Below the pieces are notes generated by a model. That model ran no database searches. It was not told the origin of the DNA and saw only the letters and a list, made by a program, of their open reading frames with translations. Source: a virus (Duplodnaviria > Caudoviricetes). From it: DNA of 64,000 nucleotides. The DNA lies in IMG/VR virus record IMGVR_UViG_3300044611_001070, positions 1 to 64,000 of that record; one strand, written 5' to 3'. How positions within the stretch are numbered: the first letter of the stretch is position 1; each line of letters opens with the position of its first letter. Positions 38,540 to 50,603 of this stretch are shown one piece after another. The translations under genes were made by a program, and so were the position numbers.

Positions 38540-40274
38540 AATGATAGACAACCCAACAAATATTGTATTAGGTAGTTTAAGATATAAAGGATCAAGTAAT
38601 ACCAATCTTTTTATTGATCTTCCATTGGAACAAACTGAAAAAGAAATAGTTGAATTTGATAGAAACGTTGATTTAAGTTTACAACAGGTTTTTGATGATG
38701 AAAGACAATCATCAACAATTTTTAGACCTGTAACTAAATACACTTTTATATTTAAAAATGAATACACTGGATCAACAACCTATGTTCCATATAGAGATAA
38801 TTTGTATTACACAAATGCGCTTAATAACGCAATATTTTACGCCACAAATCCTAACACCCCTTGGGAAGGTTACCCCCAATATTCTGAATTTGATTTTATT
38901 AGAGTTGACAATAATGTGGTAGGATATACTCAACCACCAAATAACCATGTAACATTTATAAATAAAAGTGCATCAACTTATAATTGGACTCATTATATGA
39001 GTTATGCGTATGGTAACGATTATACAAAACCATTATTTGCAATTGATAGTGAAACTACCGCATCTTGGTTTTGGGCGGCATCTGATGGAATACCATTTAC
39101 AATAACATCAGGTAGTGATGACAATGCTAATTATATTACATTTAAATGTCCTATGAAACATGGGTTATTAACAGGAGAATTTGTTGAATTGCCATTTAAT
39201 TATAATGGTGAAACTATTTTTCAAGTTAATGGACTTGGTGATGATGGGTTTGGTAGTGAAGAATATATTTTTAAAATTTATAATGTTGGTTTTACTGGTA
39301 CCACGTTCCAAAATGGAACCTCAAGTACATTTAAACGTATAATTAATAAAAGTAATAGTGGAGAAACAATGTCAGAATATTATGTTAGAAAACATAAAAT
39401 TTTAACTAATTCAGAATGTGCTTTATTAATAAAGGCGGGATTTGAACAAAATATATTTGAATCAAAATCAAAATTTGAAAAAGATATTATAACTCCAAAT
39501 AACACAAATAGGGTTTCAGTAAAAGAAGGTAATCAATCATATACTTTATCGTTTAATTGTGATATTGATATTAAACCACTACGTGATAATCAAAATAGAC
39601 CCATATCTGAATTGTATTTCACTACATTATGGAAAGGTTATTTTGGATGGACTAAAGGTATGAAACAAGGGTGGGAGTTTAATCAACCATTAGATAATAG
39701 TTTACCAAATTCTTGGTGGGATCAAGGTAATTTTCTTTCAAATACAAACATAACTCAAGGACAATATGATTCAAATACATTCCCACCTGTTGGCCCGTTT
39801 TATTATAATGAAGATTTAGTGACGGGAGATACAATTGATGGGGATTTTTGTGAATGGAATGATTACGAACAAACGGAGAGGGTAATTTCAAAATATAATC
39901 ATAAAATAATTTTTAATAATTTAAAATTTAATATTGAAACTGACGCTCAACCATCTAATCAATTTGGGTATTATTATTACCCCCATAGTCCAATTGTTAT
40001 AAGTGAATATTCCGACTATATTGAAGAGGCCGACTCTAATTTAATATTAGATATTCCTGATTATGCATTTTATTCTAATTTATCAAATAGTTTCAGATGG
40101 AGAGACTTATATACTTATGGTTATATAGATAGTAATGGTATTGGCGTTAACTATCCATTTATGAATGGTAAACATTATCCATATGTTAATACTATTTTTA
40201 GATTAACACCAGAAGGAATAGGAGTACAAAACATAAACGTTATTGCAGAACCTATAGTTGATGAGTGTGAATAA
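38526..40274 (+). CDS. putative virion structural protein
   Basis: 582 aa, coupled to neighbours in the baseplate operon. ER..S..FRP and WRDLY.YG...YPF.NG.HY motifs. Confidence 0.5.
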   Translation: MPKDKMIDNPTNIVLGSLRYKGSSNTNLFIDLPLEQTEKEIVEFDRNVDLSLQQVFDDERQSSTIFRPVTKYTFIFKNEYTGSTTYVPYRDNLYYTNALNNAIFYATNPNTPWEGYPQYSEFDFIRVDNNVVGYTQPPNNHVTFINKSASTYNWTHYMSYAYGNDYTKPLFAIDSETTASWFWAASDGIPFTITSGSDDNANYITFKCPMKHGLLTGEFVELPFNYNGETIFQVNGLGDDGFGSEEYIFKIYNVGFTGTTFQNGTSSTFKRIINKSNSGETMSEYYVRKHKILTNSECALLIKAGFEQNIFESKSKFEKDIITPNNTNRVSVKEGNQSYTLSFNCDIDIKPLRDNQNRPISELYFTTLWKGYFGWTKGMKQGWEFNQPLDNSLPNSWWDQGNFLSNTNITQGQYDSNTFPPVGPFYYNEDLVTGDTIDGDFCEWNDYEQTERVISKYNHKIIFNNLKFNIETDAQPSNQFGYYYYPHSPIVISEYSDYIEEADSNLILDIPDYAFYSNLSNSFRWRDLYTYGYIDSNGIGVNYPFMNGKHYPYVNTIFRLTPEGIGVQNINVIAEPIVDECE

Positions 40275-41070
40275 AATTAAAATAATAAGACCAACCACAA
40301 ATAATTATGTGGATATTCCCATTGAAATGAAATGGGATTTTGCGGGTCATGATGATAGTATTTTGGAATACCAAAAAGAGATGGTTAAGGAAATTATTGG
40401 ATCACCAAATGACTTTGAGATTAGTCGTTTTTCACATAATTCTGATATTGATAGTAACACAGATATAAATTATGAATTTTATTTTTATGATAATGTATCA
40501 CCAATAACTGCAACTACAGTTAATCAAACAAATTGGGGAATATCTTATATAAATGAAGGTTTTACAAATGAGGAGGTATACTATTATGGTAAACCTTTTA
40601 CTAAATCATTCTTTAAAATGGATTTTTATGATACAACAGATGAAAAAACCCAACAAATTTATTTCACAATAATATTGCCTGTACAACAAGGTGAATTTAT
40701 GAGTGTAAGTTTAAACGCATTATTACCAAACGTAGATATTAGAAAACCTAAATTCAAATTGGATTATATTGGAGATAAAGAAGGGTTTTTTATTTATTGG
40801 TTAAGGGAAAGAAACTTTTACGATATAAATAAATTTTATATGTCATCTAAATTTTTTGATGCAAAATTAGGCGTGTATGTTGTAATGACTAATACACCAC
40901 AACCATTAATAACCCCAAATAAGTTTAATTTTTTACCCCAAGACTATTTTTATTACAAAGTAAACTTAGATTATAATAACAAGACATATGAAGTGTCATC
41001 TACCTCAACAACATTAAGAGTTGGTGAGGCATTGACACCAATAAAATGGTATGAATACGTAAACCCATAA
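40258..41070 (+). CDS. putative virion structural protein
   Basis: 270 aa, overlapping starts and stops within the baseplate operon. Confidence 0.5.
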   Translation: MMSVNKIKIIRPTTNNYVDIPIEMKWDFAGHDDSILEYQKEMVKEIIGSPNDFEISRFSHNSDIDSNTDINYEFYFYDNVSPITATTVNQTNWGISYINEGFTNEEVYYYGKPFTKSFFKMDFYDTTDEKTQQIYFTIILPVQQGEFMSVSLNALLPNVDIRKPKFKLDYIGDKEGFFIYWLRERNFYDINKFYMSSKFFDAKLGVYVVMTNTPQPLITPNKFNFLPQDYFYYKVNLDYNNKTYEVSSTSTTLRVGEALTPIKWYEYVNP

Positions 41071-42248
41071 TGGAAGAACAAAAATATTACTTTAAAATAT
41101 CTCCTGAAAACATTTACGGGGATCTTAGATTGGTTCAGTACACCGGTGGTACCGATGTATATGATACTACAGATCCTTGTTGCCCTATATTAACGGGGGA
41201 AACAAGTGTAACTGGTGTTGATAACATTGGAGTTTATACAGGTATGACTTATGTGTTGTCGGGTGGTACAAACGGTGATTCACTTTTAACGGGATTAACT
41301 ATATCATTATTATTTACTGAAACCGCAGTTGATATGGGGTATTATTCGGTTTTTGATGGTGCGGTTTTACAAAAAGATGTTATTAATAATTTCTTGTTTT
41401 CTGGAACAACAGGTAGTCCTTATACGTATTCTTTTTATAATACTTCGGACACCGAATTTATAAAATTCTTATCGTTAGTAACTTATGTTATTGATTGGGG
41501 TGATGGTTCACCACTAGCAACGATTACAAATACTTTACCAATTTCACATAACTACCCAACTTCAAATAGTGAATATACTGTAACTATGACGGCTAATTCA
41601 CCATGGGGGATTTCAAAAATAACAAAAACAATTACCACACCATTTGATAATGTGACCATCTCAAACCCTAATGGTACTGCAACATTTACACCGGCTGGTG
41701 GTAATTGGACAGGAACATCATTCAATTATGATTACATTTTTAGTGGAGATTCAAATACAGACATAAATGATTTCTTCAGTTACAATTATACAACCATACC
41801 ATTTTTAATATCGGGATATACGGAATCAACTATAAATGATTTAGCTCAATATGGACCAAAGGATAATCTTTATGGTGGTAAATTTAAGTTAGGTATTCAA
41901 ATAACTGGAACTACAGGTAGTGTTGGTACTGTATGGGGGCCTGATCCAAATGGATTATATACCGCATATACAATAAATCAAATTGATTATTTTGATTATG
42001 AAGATTTTACACTTTTTATGGTGTATTCATCGGGATTTACTCAAAATGATTTAATAATGACTGGATTAACTAAAAACGAAGCATTAATAAATGTTATTGA
42101 TCAACCTGAAGTTCAAAGTAATGTTTTTATTGAAAGAGGTAAAAACTCTGCCTTAGAATATATTGAAAGGATAGGTGAGGTTGATAATGTTGGGGACTTA
42201 GAAAAATACGGGTATGGATTTTTTAATGTTAAAAAAGACCTTAGTTAA
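41070..42248 (+). CDS. putative structural protein with a PKD/Ig-like domain
   Basis: IDWGDGS...SHNY....YTVTMTA is the PKD signature. Thr/Gly-rich. Confidence 0.6.
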   Translation: MEEQKYYFKISPENIYGDLRLVQYTGGTDVYDTTDPCCPILTGETSVTGVDNIGVYTGMTYVLSGGTNGDSLLTGLTISLLFTETAVDMGYYSVFDGAVLQKDVINNFLFSGTTGSPYTYSFYNTSDTEFIKFLSLVTYVIDWGDGSPLATITNTLPISHNYPTSNSEYTVTMTANSPWGISKITKTITTPFDNVTISNPNGTATFTPAGGNWTGTSFNYDYIFSGDSNTDINDFFSYNYTTIPFLISGYTESTINDLAQYGPKDNLYGGKFKLGIQITGTTGSVGTVWGPDPNGLYTAYTINQIDYFDYEDFTLFMVYSSGFTQNDLIMTGLTKNEALINVIDQPEVQSNVFIERGKNSALEYIERIGEVDNVGDLEKYGYGFFNVKKDLS

Positions 42249-42295
42249 GTATTTATTAGGTAAGGAAAAATAAACTAAATATAAATTAAATTCTT

Positions 42296-43201
42296 GTGGC
42301 TACAGGTAATTACGGAACAATAAGAAGTGCGGACGTTAGTCCTGATGACGTAGAGATCATCTTGAATTATACGCCATCAAGGGATGAAACAGATAACTTT
42401 GTTTTAACTAAATTAGATGCAAAATCTATTTTAAGACCATATTTTCACAATGCAACAACTGGTGGTAATTCAGGTGTTGAAATTTTAGGTGGTTTATATA
42501 ACTTAAAATTACCAGCTGATCAATTTAATAAATTGGGTATATATACATTGTATATTAGACCGGCAGAAATTAGAACTAAAATAACGGATTGTGGTGTTCT
42601 ATCTTCATTACCTAATGTTAAAGGTATTGTTATTGACTTAAATAATGTTCCATCACAATATAGAAATAAATTTGTTAATCAAGGTTTAATTGGTTTTAGA
42701 GTTGAATACTTAAATTCTGATGGAACTAAAATTCCTAATTTTTTTAGAATTATAACTTCATCATTTTATTGTGAACCTGTTATACAAAATTTAACAAATA
42801 CATCACAAAAGGCTATTAGATATAGATATGTGGAAAGTACATCAAACTTACTTTTCTGTACACTTTCACCATCATCTTCTCCAACTAATAAACCAAGTGC
42901 CACACCATTTATTGGACAACCTGATCAGAATATTATTATAACTAATACATTTTTTAATCCTATAACTACAGAAGTTGAAATCGTAGAACACGATATATCA
43001 ACATTGGCAATTGCCCTTTATGGTAATCAAACCAAATCTATTGATGATGGTATTTACACAATCTATGATAGCGCTAATAACATTTACAAACAATACAACT
43101 TATTTGAGGTACGTGATCAGTTTAATGAATTATTATATGAGGTTAGACAAGATAGAAATAACAATATTGATTTTAGTAAAAGTTTTAACAACATAGTATA
43201 A
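42296..43201 (+). CDS. putative structural protein
   Basis: 301 aa, GTG start, TATTTAT upstream at 42250. Confidence 0.5.
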   Translation: MATGNYGTIRSADVSPDDVEIILNYTPSRDETDNFVLTKLDAKSILRPYFHNATTGGNSGVEILGGLYNLKLPADQFNKLGIYTLYIRPAEIRTKITDCGVLSSLPNVKGIVIDLNNVPSQYRNKFVNQGLIGFRVEYLNSDGTKIPNFFRIITSSFYCEPVIQNLTNTSQKAIRYRYVESTSNLLFCTLSPSSSPTNKPSATPFIGQPDQNIIITNTFFNPITTEVEIVEHDISTLAIALYGNQTKSIDDGIYTIYDSANNIYKQYNLFEVRDQFNELLYEVRQDRNNNIDFSKSFNNIV

Positions 43202-43202
43202 A

Positions 43203-46200
43203 ATGGCGGTAAAAAAATATACGTGTCCACCTCAGTCTCCAAGCGGTCAAGGGACATTTTCTGACAACTTAGTTGGTTTACAACTTGTTGATGGGGGAGG
43301 GTTTACACAAGCAAATTTTGAATTTACCACATCAATTACCGAAAAACAAAATAGAAACTTTTCAATAGGGTCATTTTCAGAACCTATATCTTTAGATACG
43401 TTAAATATTGAAAGTGTTACCGAATCAAGAGTAATACAAGCGAATAACTTTAAAGTTTATCCTAATTTTGATTTATCTCAAGTTACTAACTTTACATTAT
43501 ATGGTTCTTTAGTTAAAAGAATCTCTACTTCTATTTTACATATTATTAATTTCTTTCCTGGTGCATTAGAAATTACATCAGTTTTACCAAATTATAGTAC
43601 AAGTGAAACTGCAACAAACATTCTGTATGATTCGGTTGAGGATGAAACAACATTTGATGTCTATATAAGTTCTTTAAGAAACCCATTTGATATTGATTAT
43701 AGTTCAAATGCCAATAGAAACTTTGAACTACTTGAAATTGAAGTTTCATCTTTAAGGAATTTTACGGTAAATTACCCAAAATATTCATTGTTTATAAATG
43801 GAGGTGAATATCCTTTTATATTCTATAGTCCTTCTAATAATACATCCACTACATTAAGTTTTGTTGTTAAAGGTAACCCATTCTCAGGTAATTCTATATC
43901 TTATGATTCGTTAGTTATTAGACCTAACGATATATACGTCAATAAAACATTCAATGAGGCAATGGATGAGGTTGAACAATTTTTGTTAAACAGGTCTATT
44001 ACTCCGATATATACATCAACATTTACAGTTCCAAAAGAAAATGAAGATGGAACAATTTATTTAACAACCCAAGCAATCACATTTCCTAAAAATGGTCAAT
44101 GGAATTTAGATATATCATCATTAGCGTTTGATAACTATCTTACTACTTTAAATGAATTTGCCGCTAACTTAGATTTATATCGTACTAATTTAATATCACG
44201 TTTTTTAACAACAGGTGCTATTAAAGAATTTGATACTCCTGATCAAAAAATAGAGAAAGTATTACAGATATATGGTAGGAGTTTTGATGAAACAAAAAAG
44301 TTTATATCGGCATTATCAAACATGAATAATGTTAATTACAATATCAAAAATGATATACCGTCTCAGTTGTTAAAAAATTTAGCGATGACATTAGGGTGGG
44401 ATCCAAATATCTCACCAATTACAAATGATCAATTGTTAGATTCTGTATTTAGCCCTGGAAGTAATAATTTTAGTGGTTTGTCGGTTGGTATGACACCTGA
44501 GGAACTTAACTACCAATATTATAGAAACTTAGTTTTAAATTCGGCATACCTTTTTAAATCTAAAGGTACAAGAAAATCTATTGAAATATTATTAAGATTA
44601 ATTGGAGCTCCAGAAGCTTTAATTGAATTTAATGAATATATCTACATTGCGGATCAAAAAATAAATATTGAGGAGTTTAATGGTCAATACGCTCAATTAT
44701 CAGGGGGAACATATACTCAACAATTACCTGTTTTAGATACAACGGATGTATACTCAATACATGGGCAACAATTTACAGGATTTACAACAACAAGTATTAT
44801 AAGTGATGTAAATGTTTACCCTGAAGATTATCCAATAGATGAGTTTGGTTATCCAATGATGCCAACAACAAGTGATTCTTACTACTTCCAAATTGGAGGA
44901 GGTTGGTTTGAATCTACACCACAACATAGGATGCCGGAACAAGTAGATACTACGAATAGTGTTTTTACAGGTGCTAACCCTAATTACCAAACGACATTAT
45001 TACCATTTAACTATGGTGAAGAATATCTACAAAGATATAGAACTTTCCCTTATATGAATTTGGGTTATAAATTACGTAGAATAGTTGATAATAAGAAAAG
45101 TTGGACAGATACTCAAACTGGTTTAAGAACTAATTTTGATGGAAACTTCAACGCATATTATCCTGTTAATAGTGATAAATTAGTTATAAATGTTAAGAAT
45201 GTTGACATATTTATGAATCCGGCTCAAGGGTTGGTTTATGATGTGTGGACTATGTCAAGACAATATAATTACCCAATACCTAATCAAGGGTTAAACTATG
45301 TTGAACCAACACGTTGTAATCCAACACCAAATACTCCATACCCGCAAAGGGGTGGAATTGATTGGACGGTAATCAGCCCAAAACCAAAAGAAAAAACATT
45401 TTTTGAATTTGCTCAAACTTTTTGGCATAATACAATTAATGTTAGAAATAGACAATTTATTACCGATGGTAAGACAGGTGGGTACCCAACCCTTCAATCT
45501 ATCTATTGGAAATACTTAGAATCAGGTCAGGCAATTAATGTCCCTAACGATAATTTTACATATCAAACAATGATTGATTATGTTAATGGTTTGGGTACTT
45601 ATTGGATAAAATTAATTGAACAAATGGTTCCTGCAACCACAATATGGAATACAGGTACCAAATTAGAAAACTCAATTTTCCATAGACAAAAGTTTGTATG
45701 GAGAAGACAAATGGGTTGTCAACTTGTTCTTGTTCCATGTAAACCTTGTTATGCTATCGGACAATTAATACCTGTTGATTGCCCAAGACAAGCTATTGAA
45801 TGTCCTATTTATCCTTGGGGATCTAGTCCAAATGTTAATTCATTTGGGGTTGTTTTAGGGGATGTTTTAACAACATATTTAAATGATAATGGTTATGATT
45901 TAAATAATGATTGTTTAATTAATAGTATAGCATCTGAATGGTATGTTGATGTAAGATTAAATGGTATTCAAATTGTGGATTACAAGTTCTTTGATGGTAA
46001 TGGATATGCCGTTAGTGGAACAAGTTTCCCAACTCAAGTGAATTGGTTAAACGCCCTTTATGATTCACTACCACAAATGATTAATGAAGGTTTATCATAT
46101 AATATTGACGAAACAACAAATATCGTTACTATATATAATAATACTTGTAATACTTGTGAATTATTTAGTAACCAAAGTAATTTGGAATTAAATGTTGGGA

Positions 46201-46229
46201 TAAATTTTCAAATAATATGTAATCAATAA
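43203..46229 (+). CDS. baseplate wedge protein (gp7/P2 tail I-like)
   Basis: LL..LA..LGW and [15 protein letters not shown]...G....I.EY motifs. Confidence 0.7.
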   Translation: MAVKKYTCPPQSPSGQGTFSDNLVGLQLVDGGGFTQANFEFTTSITEKQNRNFSIGSFSEPISLDTLNIESVTESRVIQANNFKVYPNFDLSQVTNFTLYGSLVKRISTSILHIINFFPGALEITSVLPNYSTSETATNILYDSVEDETTFDVYISSLRNPFDIDYSSNANRNFELLEIEVSSLRNFTVNYPKYSLFINGGEYPFIFYSPSNNTSTTLSFVVKGNPFSGNSISYDSLVIRPNDIYVNKTFNEAMDEVEQFLLNRSITPIYTSTFTVPKENEDGTIYLTTQAITFPKNGQWNLDISSLAFDNYLTTLNEFAANLDLYRTNLISRFLTTGAIKEFDTPDQKIEKVLQIYGRSFDETKKFISALSNMNNVNYNIKNDIPSQLLKNLAMTLGWDPNISPITNDQLLDSVFSPGSNNFSGLSVGMTPEELNYQYYRNLVLNSAYLFKSKGTRKSIEILLRLIGAPEALIEFNEYIYIADQKINIEEFNGQYAQLSGGTYTQQLPVLDTTDVYSIHGQQFTGFTTTSIISDVNVYPEDYPIDEFGYPMMPTTSDSYYFQIGGGWFESTPQHRMPEQVDTTNSVFTGANPNYQTTLLPFNYGEEYLQRYRTFPYMNLGYKLRRIVDNKKSWTDTQTGLRTNFDGNFNAYYPVNSDKLVINVKNVDIFMNPAQGLVYDVWTMSRQYNYPIPNQGLNYVEPTRCNPTPNTPYPQRGGIDWTVISPKPKEKTFFEFAQTFWHNTINVRNRQFITDGKTGGYPTLQSIYWKYLESGQAINVPNDNFTYQTMIDYVNGLGTYWIKLIEQMVPATTIWNTGTKLENSIFHRQKFVWRRQMGCQLVLVPCKPCYAIGQLIPVDCPRQAIECPIYPWGSSPNVNSFGVVLGDVLTTYLNDNGYDLNNDCLINSIASEWYVDVRLNGIQIVDYKFFDGNGYAVSGTSFPTQVNWLNALYDSLPQMINEGLSYNIDETTNIVTIYNNTCNTCELFSNQSNLELNVGINFQIICNQ

Positions 46230-49200
46230 TGGGTATTATAAATATAAATCAATTTAATATAACAGGAGATTGTACAAATCAAGGGTTAGGTGTTGTAACT
46301 TTTACTGTAACTGGTGATAGTCCTGATTGGTTAGTTATTGAAAGTCCTACCGCTAACCTTAATTTACCCACATCTGGATTAACAACAACAATAATTGATG
46401 TAGGGCCACCAATAATATATAATAATGTCTATTATTATTCAGGTTTAAGTGCGGGTAGTTATTTTTTACAAGTATATGACTCAACATATAGTAATTATGA
46501 GGTTGTAAATTTTAATATATCACCAGGAACCTGCGTATCAATTGAAACTACAAACACTACTTGTGGTTTTGATAACGGAGGCATAACCGCAACAACAGAA
46601 TATTATTATGGTGGTGGTATGGGATCTACTTTTGCTTTATATGATATTGATAATAATTTTATTTCAAGTGGAAGTTCAACAAATACTGAATATGTTTTTC
46701 CTCCTGTTTCTGCTGGAACTTATTATGTTGTTGCGGATGATGGGGGTGGTTGTACAGGTAAATCCGCGTCTTGTATTGTAACAAACTCAATACCTTTTGA
46801 TTATGGTTATTATGTTGTAAATGATGGAAGTTGTATAAATAATGATGGTAGTGGTAAAATATTTTTAACAGGTTTATCTGATCCAAGTTTATACACAGTT
46901 AATTGGTTAACAAGTGTTAATGGACAAACTGGGACAACGGTAACAGGTTTAACTGCAGGTTTATATAACGTACAAGTCACAAATAATGATGGTTGTACTC
47001 TAAGTAAAATAATAACTGTTACTGGTGTAGACCCATTGGGTATTGGTGGTTTTATGACATATCCACCAAGTTGTTTCACTAATGATGGTGAAATAAACAT
47101 AATTGTAACAGGTGGAACCGCGCCATATTATATTGGATGTTCTAATGGTGATAGCGCAATAATATTTAATAATGAGTATACTTTTACAGGTTTATTTTCG
47201 GGGACATACAATTTTAACATAATAGATGCCGGAGTATGTACTGTATCGGGAACAACGTCTATCAACACGGCTAATAGTTTTCAAGTATTAAGTATTAATA
47301 CCACAAATTCAATTTGTAATAATAATTCGGGATCGGTAAATATTACTTTAATTGGGTCAGGATATTACACATATATTTTAACAGATTCATTAAATGATAC
47401 AACAACTTTTGGACCTACTAATAATATAGTACAAGATTTTGATACATTATCTTCAGGTGATTATGATTTGGTAATAACTGATGGTGTATGTACATATGAA
47501 ACTACAATTACAATTGATAATACTGAACTATTTACAATTTCGGCTATTACTCAAAATACTACTTGTGGGTTAAGTAATGGGTCAATACAATTATTAGCAA
47601 GTAGTGGTGGGACATTACCTTATAGTTATCAGATTACAGGATTTCCACCATCCCCAATGTCAACATTTAATAATCTATCTCCTGGAAATTATACTGCCAC
47701 AGTTACAGATCTTGCAGGTTGTAGTCAGACATTAGATTTATATATTAACGATTCATATGGTGTATTATTTGACTTAGTTGTGACTCAACCAACATGCGGG
47801 AATAATGGTGAAATATCAACCTTAATATATGAGGGCAACCCAACATTTACCTATAATTGGAGTCCAAATGTTAATGGTCAAACTGGAACAACTGTAACAT
47901 CATTAAGTGGTGGAACATATAGTTTGGAAATAATTGATTCAAGTGGATGTACAAGTACTGAAACCGTTGTTTTAAATGGGACTAATGTACAAGTAAGTTA
48001 TCAAACATATAATATATGTAATGATAATTTCCAAAATACAGGAATACTTGGTAAAAGAAGTATACAACAAATGTTTGCTGAAGGTTTTAGTGATTTAACA
48101 TATGATGATACTGGATGTATTATTGTTAGTGCAAATTTTATTGCCGACATTACTGTTGATGGAGAAAATACTCAACAATCATTCTACGTTTCTTCAGGAT
48201 TAACTGATTATCCATCTGACTATGAGTGGGGTCAAGCAATTACTGAAACTTTAGAAAGTTATAGTGGTATAAGTAAAGTTGAAATTAATTACTCACTTAA
48301 TCAAATTAAAATATATAATAAATGTGTTGAAATAGATGGGTGTTTACCTGAAACCATTTATTATCTATCTGATGCAAATATTGTGATCAATTTAAAATTG
48401 GAATATAATATTTCTTGTTATCAATGTATTGTAACACCAACACCAACGCCAACACAAACTACAACACAAACATTAACGCCAACACAAACGCCAACACAAA
48501 CGGTAACACAAACATTAACGCCAACACAAACATTAACGCCAACACAAACATTAACACCAACACCAGGATTATCGCCAACACCAACTCCTACTCAAACATT
48601 AACTCAAACGTTAACACCAACTGAGACTCCAACTAATACACCTACTCAAACACCAACAGAAACTCCTACATTAACACCAACTAATACCCCTACGTTAACT
48701 GTAACTAATACTCCTACTCAAACATTAACTCAAACTTTAACTTCTACGCCAACTGAAACCCCTACTCAAACGCCAACTGAAACCCCTACTTCAACACCTA
48801 CATTAACGCCAACTGAGACCCCTACATTAACGCCAACTGAGACGCCAACTAATACTCCTACATTAACTCAAACATTAACACCGACACCTACTCAAACATT
48901 AACTCAAACTGAGACCCCTACTTCAACACCTACTCAAACGCCAACAGAAACACCTACATTAACGCCAACAGAGACGCCAACTAATACTCCTACATTAACT
49001 CAAACATTAACACCAACTGAAAGTCCAACAAATACTCCTACTCAAACACCAACTCCAACACCAACACCAACACAATTTAGTCAAATTAAATGTAATGAAG
49101 GAACTATACCAAAGGACGTCGTATACTCATATTACTCATGTTGTTACCCTTACGGACAAATAAGTGGAACAACTGGAGGAAGTCCGATAACTGTATGTTA

Positions 49201-49516
49201 TAACTCTTATTCTGCTACTACAAATGTTACCATAGTTTCACCTGAAGTAATATGTGATACATCAGGATTAACTAGTTGTTGTGAAATTCAATTGGGTTAC
49301 AGTCTACTTATTCCATCCCCACCTTGTAATGTAGGTTCTTTAACGACATACTATATAAGTAGCTCTTGTCTTGCAACTAGTTGTGATTTGAGTGGTGCGT
49401 TTGCAATATACACAGATGAATATTGTACTATACTCGCAGATGACGGGACTTATTCAGATAATAGTAACTATGGTTCACAAAATAGTGGAGTTTTTACTTT
49501 TAATGGACCATGTTAA
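46229..49516 (+). CDS. fibre/adhesin-like protein: SprB-like repeats, Thr/Pro stalk, Cys-rich tip
   Basis: Repeated TC...G.I.....GGT.PY.Y......F..L..G.Y...V.D..GC units, a Thr/Pro tract of about 210 aa, and a Cys-rich C-terminus. Confidence 0.75.
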   Translation: MGIININQFNITGDCTNQGLGVVTFTVTGDSPDWLVIESPTANLNLPTSGLTTTIIDVGPPIIYNNVYYYSGLSAGSYFLQVYDSTYSNYEVVNFNISPGTCVSIETTNTTCGFDNGGITATTEYYYGGGMGSTFALYDIDNNFISSGSSTNTEYVFPPVSAGTYYVVADDGGGCTGKSASCIVTNSIPFDYGYYVVNDGSCINNDGSGKIFLTGLSDPSLYTVNWLTSVNGQTGTTVTGLTAGLYNVQVTNNDGCTLSKIITVTGVDPLGIGGFMTYPPSCFTNDGEINIIVTGGTAPYYIGCSNGDSAIIFNNEYTFTGLFSGTYNFNIIDAGVCTVSGTTSINTANSFQVLSINTTNSICNNNSGSVNITLIGSGYYTYILTDSLNDTTTFGPTNNIVQDFDTLSSGDYDLVITDGVCTYETTITIDNTELFTISAITQNTTCGLSNGSIQLLASSGGTLPYSYQITGFPPSPMSTFNNLSPGNYTATVTDLAGCSQTLDLYINDSYGVLFDLVVTQPTCGNNGEISTLIYEGNPTFTYNWSPNVNGQTGTTVTSLSGGTYSLEIIDSSGCTSTETVVLNGTNVQVSYQTYNICNDNFQNTGILGKRSIQQMFAEGFSDLTYDDTGCIIVSANFIADITVDGENTQQSFYVSSGLTDYPSDYEWGQAITETLESYSGISKVEINYSLNQIKIYNKCVEIDGCLPETIYYLSDANIVINLKLEYNISCYQCIVTPTPTPTQTTTQTLTPTQTPTQTVTQTLTPTQTLTPTQTLTPTPGLSPTPTPTQTLTQTLTPTETPTNTPTQTPTETPTLTPTNTPTLTVTNTPTQTLTQTLTSTPTETPTQTPTETPTSTPTLTPTETPTLTPTETPTNTPTLTQTLTPTPTQTLTQTETPTSTPTQTPTETPTLTPTETPTNTPTLTQTLTPTESPTNTPTQTPTPTPTPTQFSQIKCNEGTIPKDVVYSYYSCCYPYGQISGTTGGSPITVCYNSYSATTNVTIVSPEVICDTSGLTSCCEIQLGYSLLIPSPPCNVGSLTTYYISSSCLATSCDLSGAFAIYTDEYCTILADDGTYSDNSNYGSQNSGVFTFNGPC
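48434..49072 (+). repeat. degenerate coding tandem repeat (TPTQ/TLT/TPTE units), mucin-like
   Basis: Units such as ACACAAACATTAACGCCA recur and encode (T-x)n. Confidence 0.95.
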
Positions 49517-49611
49517 AAATATAATTAAATATTTATAATGGAGTAATTTCATTATCAAAACCTTATTAAAATAAAATTCACTTTTATATATTATATAATA
49601 TATTTTAATAT

Positions 49612-50586
49612 ATGGAAAATATTCTTTTTGTAACCGCACAACCTGACGTACCTTATTTTCATTGGCAAGTAAAATTATATACACATAATTTTATTGAGAA
49701 AGGAATTAAACCTTGTCAGATCCATGTTATTTTTGGTTTACAAAAAAAACAACAACCATCAAAAGGAGCATTAGAATTATGTGATTATGGGTATAATGTT
49801 CATTTCTACGATGACGACAGAGATAAAAAATCTTATATACCAAGTATTAAACCATATTTAATTTACCAATGGCTAAAAGAATATCCCGAAAACGGGAAGT
49901 TATTTTTTTTACACGATTCTGATATTATATTCAATAGATTACCTGATTTTGATAAATTATTAAATGATAATATTTCTTATTTATCTGATACAATAGGGTA
50001 TATTGGTTACAACTACATTAAAGATTGTTGTGATAGATATGAGAAACAACACCCATCATCAAACAAAGAACAATTATTTCAAGAAATGGCCGACATAATT
50101 GGAATTGATGTTGATTTAATTAAACAAAACCAAGAAAATTCGGGTGGAGGTCAATACCTAATCAAAAATACGGATCCACTATTATGGGCTAAGATTTATG
50201 ATGATTGTACACCATTATATAACCAAATGTTAGATTATCAAAAAAGATTTCCAATTAACCCTGGTCAAATACAATTTTGGACTGCAGAAATGTGGTCATT
50301 ATTATGGAATATGTGGAATTCTGGATATAAGACAAAAATAACAAATGAATTTGATTTTTCTTGGGCAACTGATGATATTGATATTTATAATGAAAAACCA
50401 ATATTACATATGGCAGGTGTAACTGATAATTTAAAAACTACAAAATTTTATAAGGGAGATTTTATAAACAGGAATCCGATTGAGGATTTAATAAATGATA
50501 ATAATTTCTTTAATTATGTGGATAAAAATAGTTCCACAATTAAATATATTGAAGTAATGAAGTCATTTTTGGAAAAAAATAAATAA
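49612..50586 (+). CDS. GT-A glycosyltransferase resembling plant peptidyl-serine galactosyltransferase / hydroxyproline arabinosyltransferase (GT96/GT95-like)
   Basis: Ordered motifs YFHWQ, YIPSIKP...QWL, FFLHDSDIIF (DxD), GGGQY, WTAEMW, ILHMAG. Confidence 0.75.
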   Translation: MENILFVTAQPDVPYFHWQVKLYTHNFIEKGIKPCQIHVIFGLQKKQQPSKGALELCDYGYNVHFYDDDRDKKSYIPSIKPYLIYQWLKEYPENGKLFFLHDSDIIFNRLPDFDKLLNDNISYLSDTIGYIGYNYIKDCCDRYEKQHPSSNKEQLFQEMADIIGIDVDLIKQNQENSGGGQYLIKNTDPLLWAKIYDDCTPLYNQMLDYQKRFPINPGQIQFWTAEMWSLLWNMWNSGYKTKITNEFDFSWATDDIDIYNEKPILHMAGVTDNLKTTKFYKGDFINRNPIEDLINDNNFFNYVDKNSSTIKYIEVMKSFLEKNK

Positions 50587-50603
50587 CTGATTATTTATTA
50601 GTA

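Noticed and set aside
48415-48624. Alternative-frame ORFs (NTNANT...; also 55419-55805 and 56058-56306)
   Set aside because: Shadows of the Thr/Pro repeats, which lack stops in other frames.
48434-49072. Tandem repeats as a CRISPR array (also 55430-55797)
   Set aside because: The units are degenerate multiples of 3 nt with no unique spacers and lie in frame in Thr/Pro-coding genes.
49538-49546. Mini-ORF ATG GAG TAA right after a TATTTAT motif upstream of the glycosyltransferase
   Set aside because: Too short to distinguish from chance in AT-rich DNA.
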